DNA of 64,000 bases from Octopus sinensis (Eukaryota), in assembly GCF_006345805.1 (NCBI RefSeq), contig NW_021832221.1, forward strand, positions 124,001 to 188,000, read 5' to 3'. Positions 1 through 14,151 of the stretch are shown here, piece after piece (position 1 is the first letter of the stretch; each line of letters begins with the position of its first letter). Position numbers and translations under genes: made by a program. The notes under the pieces are model-generated. The model searched no databases and was not told where the DNA came from. It saw only the letters and a program-made list of their open reading frames with translations.

Positions 1-845
1 GTAATTTATCTTCAAATTTAAATTGGATGTACCTTTAGGGAAAGACTCCTGTCGTATCATAGTTAAGTCAGCGGCAGACTTTCACTTGTTGAATGTAATT
101 GCTAATTCTTATAAATACAGTTTGAACCTAAATGAACTAAACTGAATTATTGCATCTATTTCATCTAATTATGTCACCGTTTAACTTTTAATTAATTTAC
201 TGTGAAGTAGTTTGAGGATTAGACCAATTGTGATCCTTAACATTGATTTGTGGTCTCCTCTAATAAAGGAAATAAATGATCAGTTCTTATTAAAATTGGC
301 CTTCAGTGACTGCCCAAATTAGTGAAATAGATCTCTCTCAACACTCTCATGATCTCGTCTGGGGGACTGGGTTTCATGGGTCTTGCGTGTGAACTAGCTT
401 CAGCGCATTGTGCTGTATTTTATCACATTTCAGCAGGTTTTTCTAGTATTGCTGGGAGTAGAATCACGCTTCCATTCTATAAAGAAGACTGGGCAGGATA
501 GTTGCCTGAAAGGAGAGAGAAAGGTACTTGGATCCAGACGCATACTTTTTAAAGACGGAGAGAGCGATAGTTTTTCATCTTTTCTGCTTGATTAGGTAGT
601 AACCCGAGTTAGCGTCGATTGTAAATTCCGGGTAGCGTAAGCAGTTAGGCCCAGCAATTTTTACTAGAGGCTCGGTCTCTAATCTGGTTACTTTTTTGCG
701 TTGATTTAGATTTAGGAAGATTTGTCCATGGCTAGCGAGTGAAGCTTACTGATGCACCACTTCTTTATCACCTCATTGAAACTAAAAAGCCCTTTTACAA
801 AGCTTTTAAGGTGTTTAGGACAAGGACGTTGTCAGCGTACAATGC
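1..845 (-). mobile_element. Degenerate non-LTR retrotransposon (LINE) RT C-terminal remnant
   Basis: Minus-strand 'LYADNVLVL' (YADD-like) and 'LRYPEFTID' (KYLG-like) amid stops. Clear nucleotide homology to 58080-59840 and to about 8200-8290. Confidence 0.7.
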
Positions 846-879
846 TAGTTTTTGTTCTTGTATGAATCGTCTGTCTACA

Positions 880-2442
880 TTAAAAATTCTTCGATATAAA
901 AATGAATATTTGGCATTTGGATTAATAAAAAATTCCTTTGATAATAGAACATACTGCTTACTGTGTACTAAGTCGTTATCAAATGATGCAATGAAACCGT
1001 CCAAATTTTTAAATCATCTTAGGAGAAAACTTTCGGATAAAAAAGACAGACCATTAGAGTACTTTGAAGAATTAAAGGATCCTCTTCGTAAACAAAAAAA
1101 CGATTGACACTGTTTTTACAAATAGTAATGAAAGAAACAATAGTTGTTATTATTTGAAATTATGGACGACTAATTGCATCCTATAAAATTGCAATGATTA
1201 TTGCCAAAAATAAGAGTTCCCACGTTTCTGGTGAAAATCACATCAAACCATCTATATCAGTGATTCTATCAGATCTGATGGGTTTACATCCTGACGAAAT
1301 TTTAAAATCTGCCAATTAGCAATGATTCAATTCGCCGCAGGATTGACGAAATGTCTGATAATGTTGAACATATTTTATGTGAAAAGCTTAAAAATACTAT
1401 TTTTTCGCTTCAAATTGACGAAAATCATATATGTGACAACCAATCAATTCTAATGGGATATGTCAGGTTAATCTTATTAGATGCTTACCCTTTAAGATAT
1501 TTTGACGATCATGATCTTCTTACAGAAGATTTATTATTGATTATAAACCAATTCAATTTTTTTAAGATTCTTAAACAAAATATGAAAAAGTTAACACGAG
1601 TTTATAAAGAGCCTGGAGGTCAGCTCAAAGACGCCGCGCTGCGTATCGAGTGGCAGTTTCCGCGGAGCACCGCGACCGAGATTCGCTGGAAGAGCCAGCT
1701 CGTCTTCCTCCGGTCGTTGGTCTTCCTGGCAATCCTCCTGGCAATGTCGGTAAAAAGGCGAGTCGCAGACTTGCCGACGATTCCAGATGTTTCGAAGGTG
1801 AGGGGGACAAACTCGTAAAAGTCCGAAATACTTCCATACTTCGTCCTCTTAGCGTACTCAGCCTGAGCACTGGGAGAACCCGGATGGACTTGAGTAACAT
1901 CGTCGTGGAGAACGAGTCAACACAAGTTGCGTCCCAAATCACGGACTTGCCTTCCCTGAAAGGGAAGGTAGTCATCCCGTCAGGACGCTTTCCATCACTC
2001 CGACAGAGACCGACTGGTTCTAGAGTGGAGGGGAAACCTGCCGATTCTAGTGCCCTTTTGACGACGTCATTGAGGTGAGTGTGGCGAGGAATTCTGCCAG
2101 CACTCTTCTTGCACGATAGGGCGTGCAAACCGTTCGGCGAGATCGTGGACCCGCACCGGCATGGGTGGGGCTGACAGATGTCCAGGCCCAAGCGTAAGCA
2201 AACACCAATCCGTAAGGATTCGTCGTCCAGAAGTAGTCCCGTACTAGGGGTAGGAAGTGCATTGAGCCAGTCTCCCGTATGCGGCTGGCAAGCGCAGTTT
2301 AGAGATGTATTGTCTGTTGTATATAAAAATATCACTTAGTATTGTTTGTTGTATATAAATTTTTTAAGGGGGTCGATTAAATATTAGGGGGATCAATAAA
2401 AAGACAAGCGGTCGACGAGTAAAAAAAGGTTGAGAACCCCTG
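880..2442 (+). mobile_element. hAT Buster/Charlie-type transposon remnant (ZBED5-like transposase fragments), interrupted by a CRE-like retroelement
   Basis: ORFs 'EYLAFG..CLLCTKSLSNDAMKPSKFLNHL' and 'FSLQIDE..LMGYVR'. Right end 'ggttgagaacccctg' is followed by gtcTAaat (Buster NNNTANNN target). Left TIR not found. Confidence 0.8.
1590..2305 (-). mobile_element. 5'-truncated CRE-like non-LTR retrotransposon (zinc knuckle plus restriction-like endonuclease)
   Basis: 'WLNALP..CRCG..HALSC..RH..KRPDG..WDATCVD', then frameshifted '[14 protein letters not shown]'. GC-rich relative to its flanks. Confidence 0.85.
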
Positions 2443-2879
2443 GTCTAAATGATGTTTTGGACAGCAACCTCATCAAGGCTGTCAACTCTCTCCGTCAAAA
2501 CCTTTGCAGTGTATTGGACACTAATGTTTACAGTTACAAACTGACGCCCACTTGATTGATAATTAATTAACGTCTTCCAATAAAGGTAGTTGGCCACTTC
2601 TGCCTATTCTGTTAGTGAAGTCGTCTTGTTGAATAAACTGAAAAAACCCCTAACTAAGCCTTTATTTGTACTTATATGTGTAAAACGACTTGAGGATACC
2701 GGATGGGTCATCTCTAAGACCCCTTTGACAACTCTCTGCTAATAATACACTTTTTGACCACGTTTGTTCCTTTCAACACTATTAAGCAGTGTCTTTGGAC
2801 GATTAGAGGACAAAAATTCAGGAATTGGATTGTAAAAGGATATTGACTTCCGGATAAAGTCATTTTGGGGGATCGAGCA

Positions 2880-4420
2880 GATTATTTGTTTGTGTTTGAC
2901 TATTGCATCCATACGCTGGTTTTCGGCCTGCCTGCAGAGTTCGTCCAGGTCATCGCAATTGTTTAGGGTTTTTCATGTTGCAGAACAGCCGTCAGTTTGT
3001 TCCGGGTTGTCCACAAATTTTGGTCCATCTGACAGGAAGTATTCTTCCATGGCCTGGATGCAGTTGGGTCCATTCTTAGGATGTGCCCGAATAGCCTCTA
3101 TGATCTCACGGCTGATTGGCACCAAGTTGCTGATCCTGTAGAGCAGAGGTTTCCAAATGGGGAGGCGTTGACTCGTGTCAAGGGAGGCGCGAAAAGTATT
3201 TCAGAAACATTTTTTAGAAAATTATATCTATGTAAAAAACGTGACTATATTCCGATAATAAGAGTTATTAATTTAAAAATTATATTTTTTCAAAAATTTA
3301 TTTAATTTATTAGACAATTAAATAATTTTAACACATGGATAAATTCTTGAGTGGTTGCAAAAGAAAATTCACGAATAATAAAGATTTTGACGATGGTTCA
3401 AAAAATCAAAATGATTGGAATATAATCAATACCACTCCAAAGACAAGAAAATACTTTCCATCTTACTTATTGTTAGGATTCACACGTATCTTTGTTGATT
3501 CTATGGAAAAACCCCTCTGTTTGCTTTGCCTCAAAACACTTGCAGCAGATAGTATGAGGCCATGCAAATTAAGAAGACATTTTGAAACGATGCATTCTGA
3601 ACATGTCCATAAGTCTGAAGAATTTTTTAAAAGAAAATTAGAAGAGTTTGATAACCAAACGAAATCGTTAAAAAAACTTGTTTCTGTCTCTTCAAATGCT
3701 TTACTAGCATCGTACAAAGTTTCTTACAGGATTGCAAAATGCAAGAAACCGCACGATATCGAGAAACTCTAGTTTTGCCAGCAGCTATCGATATGGTTGA
3801 AGCAATGTTTGGCGAATCCTATGCAAAACAATTACAGCAAATACCGCTTGCTGATAACACAGTCGCTAGAAGAATTGATGACATATCTGAAGATCTTTGT
3901 GATCAGTTGGTTTCTCGACTACGTAACTGTAAATTTGCTATACAAGTTGATGAGGGAGCTGACATAAATAAAAATGCACATTTAATTGCATATGTCAGAT
4001 ATGCTGAAGAAAGTACAATAATAGAAGATCTATTATTCTGCAAAGAGTAGCACTCTCTGCGATGACACCAAGATTTGAAAAACTTTGCGCCAAGATGGAA
4101 AAAAAATTATCTCATTAACTTTTTGTTTTAAAAAATTGTTTTTGATAAAATAATAATTGTATTATATTATGGAATATAAAGGGAGGCGCAAGATTGTACT
4201 TTTTCTCTAAGGGAGGCGCGTAAAAAAAAGCTTGGAAACCTCTGCTGTAGAGGGATGAGTTGTTGATTTTCTGTGGCCAGTGTATGCCATTTAGGACACG
4301 AAGTTGTTTTCTGTAAAAGAAGTCAAGATTCCTTAGTTCTGTATCGGAAATGCCCCATGTAGATGATGTGGATAGTTCGAAGTCTTCTGGACTCTTCGAC
4401 GAAAGGTTCTAAAGTTCTAT
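2880..4420 (-). mobile_element. RTE-like LINE 3' remnant, interrupted by a Buster element
   Basis: Reading across the hAT insertion gives 'FYRKQLRVLNGIHWPQKINNSSLYRISN' and 'LFGHILRMDP'. Its 3' motif tttgactattgcatccatacgc recurs at about 5432. Confidence 0.7.
3144..4244 (+). mobile_element. Internally deleted hAT Buster transposon with TIRs and 8-bp TSD
   Basis: TIRs cagaggtttccaa / ttggaaacctctg. Perfect TSD CTGTAGAG at 3136-3143 and 4245-4252. Transposase fragments 3335-4050 ('PLCLLCLKTLAADSMRP','FAIQVDE'). Confidence 0.95.
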
Positions 4421-4571
4421 AATACGATCTTTAATATTTTCTGATTACATTCATTCATTACTTTCTGATTACAATTTCTAGCGTTAAGAGCAACTCTAAA
4501 TAACAGTTTTATTAAAACTTAATTAAAAAACCCCGTATACGTTAAGACAGCGTTAAGACACAATGGAAAAG

Positions 4572-4700
4572 TTTCGACCAAGAGAGTATTCTTGGCTCCT
4601 GGAACGTCTGTCGATTGCTGTGATCCGAGGGAACGGCTTCGCCATTCGCGAGGCTGGCCGGGTGTCTCGTGAGACCTTTAATTAGCTTAGCTATTTTTTA
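4572..4700 (+). mobile_element. Short 3' fragment of a CRE-like retrotransposon
   Basis: Translates 'REYSWLLERLSIAVIRGNGFAIREAG..*', homologous to the C-terminus of the 1590-2305 element. Confidence 0.75.
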
Positions 4701-4719
4701 CTTTTAGATTTCGACTATT

Positions 4720-5355
4720 TATTTTAAAATTTTATCAAGTCTCGAGATGTTAACATTTTTGATTACATTTTTTCCATATCTTCATAATTATGTAATTCTT
4801 AATTAATCACTGTATACATATTTATTTGTATTTCATCATAAAAAGGATACTTTCTTTTTGAAACATACTTTCTTTCATAATCAGGTCTAATAATTACTTT
4901 ATCTCCCACGTTTATATTTTCTTCATCATATCGCCATTTTCTTTTTTTCTTCATTTTCTCGCCTGCTTTCTGAAGATTTTCCAGAATCTTCATATTTTGC
5001 TGGTCATCTTCCAAGTATTCATTTTTTTTAATTTATTTCTTCTGGGTCAGTAAATGCGTTTATTTCATTTTCGTCCGGTTTTTTTAATTCCCATTAAACT
5101 TTGAAAAAGACTATTTCTGGTCATGTCATGTTTTGTTCGATTGTAATCATATACGATCCTCTTTATAATGTTGAAGTAAACTCCAAAACTTTCTTTTAGC
5201 TCACCCTTCAATAAAAACGCTTTACCGTCTTCAAAAACAAAATTTTCCGATAGCTCTTTTAATCAAAATCGTTGTTTCTTGTATAATGAATTCTCAGCTA
5301 TTGATGAAATTTGGAATTTATCAAGTTGTTCCCTAGTCAATTCTAACAAACGCAT
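4720..5355 (-). mobile_element. Ginger-like integrase transposon remnant (N- and C-terminal parts, core missing)
   Basis: 'MRLLELTREQLDK' and 'GEKMKKKRKWRYDEENINVGDKVII..RKYPFYDE' are homologous to the elements at 38700-40525. Confidence 0.65.
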
Positions 5356-5424
5356 CAAATACGTGTAAATAAAAAATTTTGCAATTTATGCAATCAGTCC
5401 AGTAATATGGCGGGACCATTATTT

Positions 5425-5503
5425 GTTTTTGTTTGACTATTGCATCCATACGCTTTTTTCCACTTGTTCATTTCTCACTAATCTTCTCATTTTGAGACCA
5501 ATC
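5425..5503. repeat. 79-bp direct repeat, left flank of MULE-A (long TSD)
   Basis: Identical to 7007-7085 and directly abuts the MULE terminus. Confidence 0.92.
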
Positions 5504-7006
5504 CGGTGCCAGACAACTCGCCTACAGGCGAGTTGTCCTTGAACTCGCCAATAACAAGAACGGACAACTCGCCTAGGAAGAAAACAATAAAAATTTTATA
5601 TGTTAGAGAAAATAAATAATTTTATTCTGTTTTAAAAGAAGTGTACTTAGCAATGATTCTTAAGAAATCATCCGTTTCAAATTCTTGGTAGTGATAACAA
5701 ATTACTTTCAGTTCTTCTTCCTTTTTAAAGTCAGATTTAGGTAGTTCCAATTTTCCGCACTTCGCTTGACACATCCTCACATACTTTTCTTCTTCTACCA
5801 CACAAAGTACATTAATTAGATTTGTCAGGTGAGGATGCGCGGTTAGAAAAAAACTATTAAGAACCCGATGCCAAGATTCTAGTACATTTGAAGTTCTTGG
5901 AACAGATGATTTGATCCTTTCAAAACATGACCAAAATGAAACATCATAACTTGGCGATTCACCATCAAGTCCGGGAATAAATTGTTTTTTGAAATATTCC
6001 AAAAATTCATCTAGCTTTGTATCCTTTTCGGTCATTTCTGCATAATTAAAGCAGATTTTTTCGAATTGGAAAAGAACATCCTTCTCATCAATAAAAGCCA
6101 GAGAAAAGCAATCTCTGATAATCTGGTGTTGCCACTCTTTATCTTTGTATTGTACACAAAGTCCCTCGGCTTGGACTCTCCTCCAAATCATCTGCCCAAG
6201 ATGAAAGTTGCACCCCGACACCCTAGCCGAAGTAAAAACTGCAGCCGAAGAGTTAATTAGCCCCTTTTCAAAGTCCAAAACAATATGTTCTGGGTCACTG
6301 TCAGTTAGGGTTTTGACCTCATTAAAAAAGTGCGTATAGCACTCTTGCGTTTTATTCGCCAAAAGCCCGAAAACACAAGGCCAGTAACTACCCAAATATT
6401 TGACAAATATCGTCACCAATTGTTGAAAATGATTTGGGACACTTTTAAATGTTCCATCAACAATCCAAATTTTCGACTTTTTTAGAAAACAAAGCTGAAA
6501 ATCAGAAGCAAAAATGACGTGTCGGTTAACGTCATTGATTCCAGAATCTTTGCGAAAAAACGTTTCACCACGTTTGTTTTTTTACACCCTTCGCTGTTCT
6601 CGTCCAAAATTAACGCCCCCCGACACGTTCGTTTCCGACATCTCCATCTCGTCGTTTTTTCGTCAATGTCCCTATCCTTATTGTAAAGATAGTTGTCCAA
6701 AATTACCACCTCACTCTTTCTTTGGCCTAATATCTTTTTAATTGTAGCCATTTATTAGGATTTAATTTAATTAAAAATTTTAACAAAAAGAAGAATTTTA
6801 AATTAAATTTTTCATAAATAGAATTTTTTCAATTTTTATTTTTACAAAAAACGTCGATTTGAACTATAATAAAATATAAATTGACAATTTTTTCGTCAAT
6901 GTCCCTATCCTTATTGTAAAGATAGTTGTCCAAAATTTTGACTATTGAAATACAAATTTTAATACCCCAAGTATACATTTCTTCCTAGGCGAGTTGTCCG
7001 TCAGCC
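5504..7006 (-). mobile_element. FLYWCH-MULE (Mutator-like) DNA transposon A, internally deleted
   Basis: FLYWCH-like 'NYLYNKDR..RWRCRKRTCRG'. MULE core 'WIVDGTF','VLDFEKG','GCNFHLGQ','RTSNVLESWH'. Termini ggctgacggacaactcgccta (5') and cggtgccagacaactcgccta (3', reverse complement). Confidence 0.92.
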
Positions 7007-7085
7007 GTTTTTGTTTGACTATTGCATCCATACGCTTTTTTCCACTTGTTCATTTCTCACTAATCTTCTCATTTTGAGACCAATC
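7007..7085. repeat. 79-bp direct repeat, right flank of MULE-A
   Basis: Identical to 5425-5503. The sequence derives from an RTE-like LINE 3' end (shares a motif with about 2892-2914). Confidence 0.92.
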
Positions 7086-8039
7086 TCCGGTGGTTCAATC
7101 GGTCAGGAAAAGACTAGGACTATGGAGTCGAATATTCCTCCACGGATATCACTTTTATGAAGACATTTTAGACCAATTCAAGGTTTTTTTAATCCAAACA
7201 AGTCTAACGAGTCTAAATTTTACAAAGACTAGTTCTGTCATTTTGCCTTGTTTTTTTATTGTCAATGATCAGATGGGCCATTACACGGATAAGCACAGTA
7301 AACTAAGCACAGTAAGGTCAAGTTACGTCGAGTTCGTCGGTCTGTTCGCCCTGTCAGGATTTGTGATATGTGAGGTCATCCAACCCGTAACAATAATATT
7401 AACCCAAAAATAAAATATTATGTTTTATCTGAAACTTAAAGTTCTCTATTTTTGTCAGCTTTATAATATTTCCAAAAAATATTATGACTGTCCGAAGATC
7501 GAGTTTTTTTTCTTAAGAATTACAGTAAACCATATGAGCCATACAACCATTTTTAATTAATTTTATCTGTTTTGATTGTTGTATCAATTCTTATTTCGAC
7601 AAACTCATTCGCAACAAAAATGTTATCCCGTATAGTAAAGACTGTGGATACTTTCAGTTTCGACAAAGCGTTTTTTCCCTTAAAAATAGAAAGGTTTTTG
7701 TTGATAGTATTCTTCTTCAAAATAATTTTAGCTTCCATGTAAAAATATAAAACAGGAAGACTATTCAAATAAAGACTTTAATTCGATTTTTACTAAGATG
7801 AATTTGGAGGCATCGTCAAATTTGAAAATCAAAAAAAATTTATTAACAAACTTGAAACAATTCTAGAACTAAATTAGCTCCCCACAAATGAAAGGAAATT
7901 TTAATTTAATCATTCTGAGTTAATTAAATTAATCGATGAAAATTATTATAATTATGAACATGATTAACATCACATGGATATGCTGTTACAGTTTGAATCT
8001 TGGCAGTTAATTGTTAATTGAAGAGGCAAAAAAGTTCAA

Positions 8040-8300
8040 AACTAATCAGTGATCTTGTAGGTGAGATCTTTTAATATCGAAATTTTCCTTTGTAGGTTAT
8101 ACTGTTTTAATATACACGCTTCGTTAATTTATATTAGTCGGTTACCACATAACCCACCTTTTTAAAAAAGATTTCAGACCCATCATTCTAATTGAATGTA
8201 CTTTTAAAAAAAGACTCCTGTCGTATCATAGTTAAGGAAACAGACTTTTCAATCGCTGATTGTAATGTTAATTCCTGTAAATACAGTTTGAATCTTAGCA
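8040..8300 (-). mobile_element. LINE remnant related to positions 1-130
   Basis: Shares 'aaagactcctgtcgtatcatagttaag' and 'aaatacagtttgaa' with the window start. Confidence 0.55.
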
Positions 8301-8643
8301 GTTTTTTTGAATTTTTCTCTCAAGGGAAAGCAAATAGTCAAATATTAAACTTAATTAATTTCGAAGAAGACTAATTTGCAAATAGAGAATATACAAGTTT
8401 GGGGAAAATTTTTATTACATAGAAACTGATCATTCTAATTATAATTTAATCACAGATGATGAAATTTCGATCACAGAAAATAGTGCAGAACTAGTCAAAC
8501 ATGAAATTTATTAATATGACTTGTATGGACTATTAATCACAGTCGTGTCTAATAATGTGATGATTAAAAAATATCTGTTTAGTTTTTATTAATTAAGCAA
8601 AGATTGTAATCCTCAGATGAGATTCACAATTTAAAACCGTAAA

Positions 8644-10006
<1,363 letters not shown>

Positions 10007-10963
10007 TCATGTTTATTTCCAAATTGATTGATCATTATTGAAATGACTGTTTGTGGGTATGCGGTTGTTATGACTTGAATTTATATATTATTTCGCGTCT
10101 AATTGACTGCTGTAGCAACCATTTTTTATTGAAATGTTTAAATTAGCTTTAAAGCTAAATAAATAAATATTGTAATGTGTTTTTATTTCAATAGTATAAT
10201 TAATTAACAAAAATATCAGAAATTTTATTATAGACACATTAAATAAACACTTTTTAATTATTTATTTTATTCCACTACTTTGGTAAAAAGTCCCCATTAG
10301 GCATAGACTATCTTCAATAAGTACTCTTCACAGATCATGCTGATATTTACAAATTTAATTAAACAAAATCAATTTACACCAACTTTTGATTAAAGTACGA
10401 TTTTTCTTGTATGTCTAAGCACACAGTTGTTAAGCATTCTTTCTTCTTTATGATTTTAATTTATCTCTCGTGTTATCTTCGGAGATTCTATTTTGGGGAA
10501 TCAATATTCACCCAATTGTCGGACATGATTTCAATTTGTAAGTATAGTAATTCGTAAGGTTAGGGGAACTATTTATTTTTAGTGCTAGTTAACTTTTTTG
10601 GGTTTCATAATCCATATGAAATATCAAGAGCGGTGTGATTTACTAAGAGAAAGAACAAAATAGCCCTCAATAGGTACTCGGGTAAATAGCGATTTCATAA
10701 GTCACGGGAAAAAACGGATATAACTGCAAGAGGATCACATCGAATGCTAATAAAACCAGTTTTAAGATGAATATAATATCCAGACCTCCTTGACACCATT
10801 ACGCGTTGAAGGTCTAAGTTCTGGCAAGACTTTCCATGTTTTCCGATTGTTTAATAAATGTGGTTAGCAAAATAATTGCCATATTTGTTTCAAACATAAC
10901 ATCCGCCTTGAAAAAGAGTCATCACGAGCCTTGATCTCCTGAGATGTGTTGTGAAAAAAGGAT

Positions 10964-11042
10964 CTGACGCTGTGTACAAAAAGTATAAATTAAGATTTGT
11001 AAGTAAAGGAATTATTAAGAATTTGATTTATCTCTATTAAAT
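10964..11042. repeat. 79-bp direct repeat, left flank of MULE-B (long TSD)
   Basis: Matches 12457-12535 with one substitution (ggaatt vs gaaatt) and abuts the MULE terminus. Confidence 0.92.
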
Positions 11043-12456
11043 GGCTATGCGACAACTCGCCTACTTAAAATAAATAAAAAATTTTATTTTTACCAGATTA
11101 AATCTAATTAATTAAAATTTCAACAATTTTTTTACTTTAATCCTTAATATGACTGACTTTGAACTGCTTAAAAGCCAAAGAGGTGGCAAACTTTTACTAC
11201 ACCGGAACTATTTGTATAATACAGATAGAAAAAAAGACGGTCTTACTTATTGGAGGTGCAGAAATCGAGAATGCAGGGTGAGGTGCACGGTGGATGCTCA
11301 AAACAAGTTGAGCACAAAAAATGCTCATAATCATGGCCCCTTTGAGGATCATGAGATAAAAAGCATGAAACTAGTTTCTGACCTGAAAGATTCCGCAAAG
11401 GCGTCAGAAGACAGAACTATGAATGTGGTGTCAAGAAGCCTCATTGGAGCCAATGTTGACGTCATTAAAATCTTGCCAAAGGAACGTTCATTGACTCGTC
11501 TCGTTCAACGGGAAAGAGAAACACTGATACCAAATTTTGTTCCGACCATTCCTGAAATTCCTGAAAGTTTGTGGTATAATGATCGGGGCGAAATTTTTTA
11601 TCGCAAGGATTCTGGAATTAATGATGTAAATCGTTACGTCATTTTTTGTTCGGATTATCAGATTGACATTTTGAAAAAATCAGATGTCTGGGTTATTGAT
11701 GGTACCTTTAAAAGCGTCCCTAATCAATTCGAACAAATGATTACAATACAAGGAAAATACTTAGGTAAATTCTGGCCTCTTGCGCACGTTCTTTTGCTCA
11801 ACAAAACAGAAAATTCCTACTGTGCATTATTTGAAGAAATAAAGACACTTGTTACTTCACCAGCAAGTATTTTAATTGATTTTGAAAAGGGGTTAATTAA
11901 CTCCACAAAATCAGTTTTTTCGTCGTCTAATGTATTTGGCTGCAATTTCCATTTCGGCCAAATCATATGGCGGAAAATACAATGTCTTGGTCTTGTGGGA
12001 GCCTACAAAGACGTTTCATCGTGGGAACGAAAATTATTGAGAAAATGCTACCATTTAGCTTTCATCCCTGTGGAAAATGTTTTAATGGAATTTGAAAAAT
12101 TTTCTCTTGATGCGACAAAAAAAGAAAACAACCAACAGATAATGAATTTTTTGGTTTATTTTAAATTTGGCCAGGGAAGAACAAAGACTTTTTGTGAAAA
12201 TGACACAAATTAAGTCAGGAAGGTATCTTGAAGTGTCTGCGACAGACTGCAAAAAGGAACTTGAACTGAGAATAGCATGTGAAAATTTTCATGAATTTGA
12301 AGTAGATTGCTATTTTAAGCTAATTGATGGTTTGATTGCTTTAAAAGTTCAGAATAAACAGTAATTGTTTTAAAATTTTATTTTATTTACCTTTAAAATA
12401 TTTTTCTTCGTAGACGAGTTGTCGCCAAAAAAATTTAGGCGAGTTGTCGCTCAACG
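11043..12456 (+). mobile_element. FLYWCH-MULE DNA transposon B (deletion removes the final catalytic Glu region)
   Basis: 354-aa ORF 11149-12213 with FLYWCH ('YWRCRNRECR..HNH'), 'VIDGTF','LIDFEKG','GCNFHFGQ'. Termini ggctatgcgacaactcgccta ... taggcgagttgtcgctcaacg. Confidence 0.93.
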
Positions 12457-12535
12457 CTGACGCTGTGTACAAAAAGTATAAATTAAGATTTGTAAGTAAA
12501 GAAATTATTAAGAATTTGATTTATCTCTATTAAAT
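12457..12535. repeat. 79-bp direct repeat, right flank of MULE-B
   Basis: Copy of 10964-11042 (78/79 identical). Confidence 0.92.
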
Positions 12536-12595
12536 ATCAAATGATATGTTGGGGAACCCTCATTCCTAAACGTATAAAAAAAATTTGTATAAAAA

Positions 12596-13357
12596 ATGCA
12601 TATCATTATGGTAATTACACTTCTGTTCATAACTATTCAGTATTCTCTCCTAATATTGAGTGTTCTATCCAAACATCCATCAGAGTTTTTGCCAACTCGG
12701 TGTGAAGGTTCACGTGCCAATTTATATTATCAAGTTTGCAAGTTGATGGCACTCGACATTGTGAGCAAGTGCGAAGAAACAGACACCCCGGAGGTAATGC
12801 ACACAGGACATGATGCAAGTAAGAAGATACAATACAGCAATTCGTATAATTATCCAAATTTAAAAGTGTAAAGGGAGACTCGATTCACTGAAATAATCTT
12901 AGAAACGTGCATGTCGTTTGTCGAATTTGACTTGCACAAGGAATACGTGGGGTGGCGTAGATTCAGAAAAGGGAAAAGTGAGACTATGCAGGCCCTGCAA
13001 GGACTAATGTAAAGTTTTAGCAAAATTTTGAAGACAGCGGAACGTGACCGTAAAAATGGATATCCCCTCCAGTCTCTGGAACCACACTGCCCTGGAAGTT
13101 ACGGAACTAAAAACTCAAGTTGTGATTAGGGGATAGTGAAATAGTGTCATTTGATGGTCGACGAATATGAGGAGGATATATACGAGTGGTATCTTCATCA
13201 TCGATATGAGGACTTGGCAACATACTTGTGTGAGAAAATTGTTCTCGTCGGACAGGATGCCTGTATGTTGCTGGGATTATTCTTTTTAGCTTGTTTATTT
13301 GAGAAAGAAGTAAAAATCACAGATAAAGACTACAATGATGCCAATAAAGCCCAATAA
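12596..13357 (+). CDS. Canopy 3/4-like (saposin-like ER chaperone), multi-exon
   Basis: Hydrophobic N-terminus, 'LPTRCEVCK', 'SETMQALQGL', 'KMDIP..LW', 'CHLMVDEYEEDIYEWY', 'LCEKIVL'. Confidence 0.8.
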
Positions 13358-13455
13358 TTCAATTAATTAGGTTACTTTATCATCGTTTAAATATTTTATT
13401 TGAGTTTCACTGTTTGCTTTCTCCTTATTCCAGCCATTAGGTTATTTTAAAACTA

Positions 13456-14151
13456 ATGGTTGAACTTGGATTAGCTGAGATTTGTAATCCAGTCGATTCC
13501 CAGAAACCTATGTCCTACGCACTACCCGATAATTTATTAATTTATAGCAATTACAGTTCTGGAAGCCCGATTACTGTAATTGCACACATTTTAATGAGAC
13601 TTTTGATACAAAGACATAAATGAAGGTCATCGGAAACCTGTCGAGACACCGACGACTCATAGAGAGTTCCACTAGCTATAGTCATGTCTCCCTATTTCAG
13701 TCTATTACTTCATTAAAATTCATTAAAAAGAGTTCTTTTATGAAATATAAACTTAAATGAATAGAATATAACACGAGAAGACTGATTTTATTTTCTGAAA
13801 TTAAAGAATTCATATTTCCTATATATAACCATTTTGTGACTAAAATTTGGTTATCACAAAAAATGATTGACCAAATAAGAGAAAGAAACCGAAAGGCAGC
13901 TGTCAAACATCGCATGAAAATAAAATCGCAAACAGAAAGCCTAGAAAAGGTAGTCTACCATGCACATCCCTTAGATTTTAAAGGAAAAAAAAGACGCTGT
14001 TTTAAAGAAAGAACACGAAATAGCCCTCATACAATTTTTGAAAGAATTAAATAAAAATTCCACTCGTCTTGCCTTTGATCCAAGTCCTACAACTTATGAC
14101 GATTTTATCAAGTGCATATTAACGTTGTATTTTAACTCCATTAAAATGTAA
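13456..14151 (+). CDS. bZIP transcription factor (ATF/CREB/AP-1-like basic region)
   Basis: 'RERNRKAAVKHRMKIK' basic region, with a zipper continuing after a 25-nt intron. 5' exons uncertain. Confidence 0.6.

Noticed and set aside
1650-2078. Long antisense ORFs overlapping TE and gene ORFs (also 21466-21962, 22578-23071, 53870-54352)
   Set aside because: Shadow frames of GC-richer coding sequence with no independent protein motifs.
5425-7085. 79-bp flanking repeats read as LTRs or element-encoded terminal direct repeats
   Set aside because: No TG..CA ends, PBS or RT/integrase. The repeats around the two MULEs are unrelated to each other and lie outside the conserved termini.
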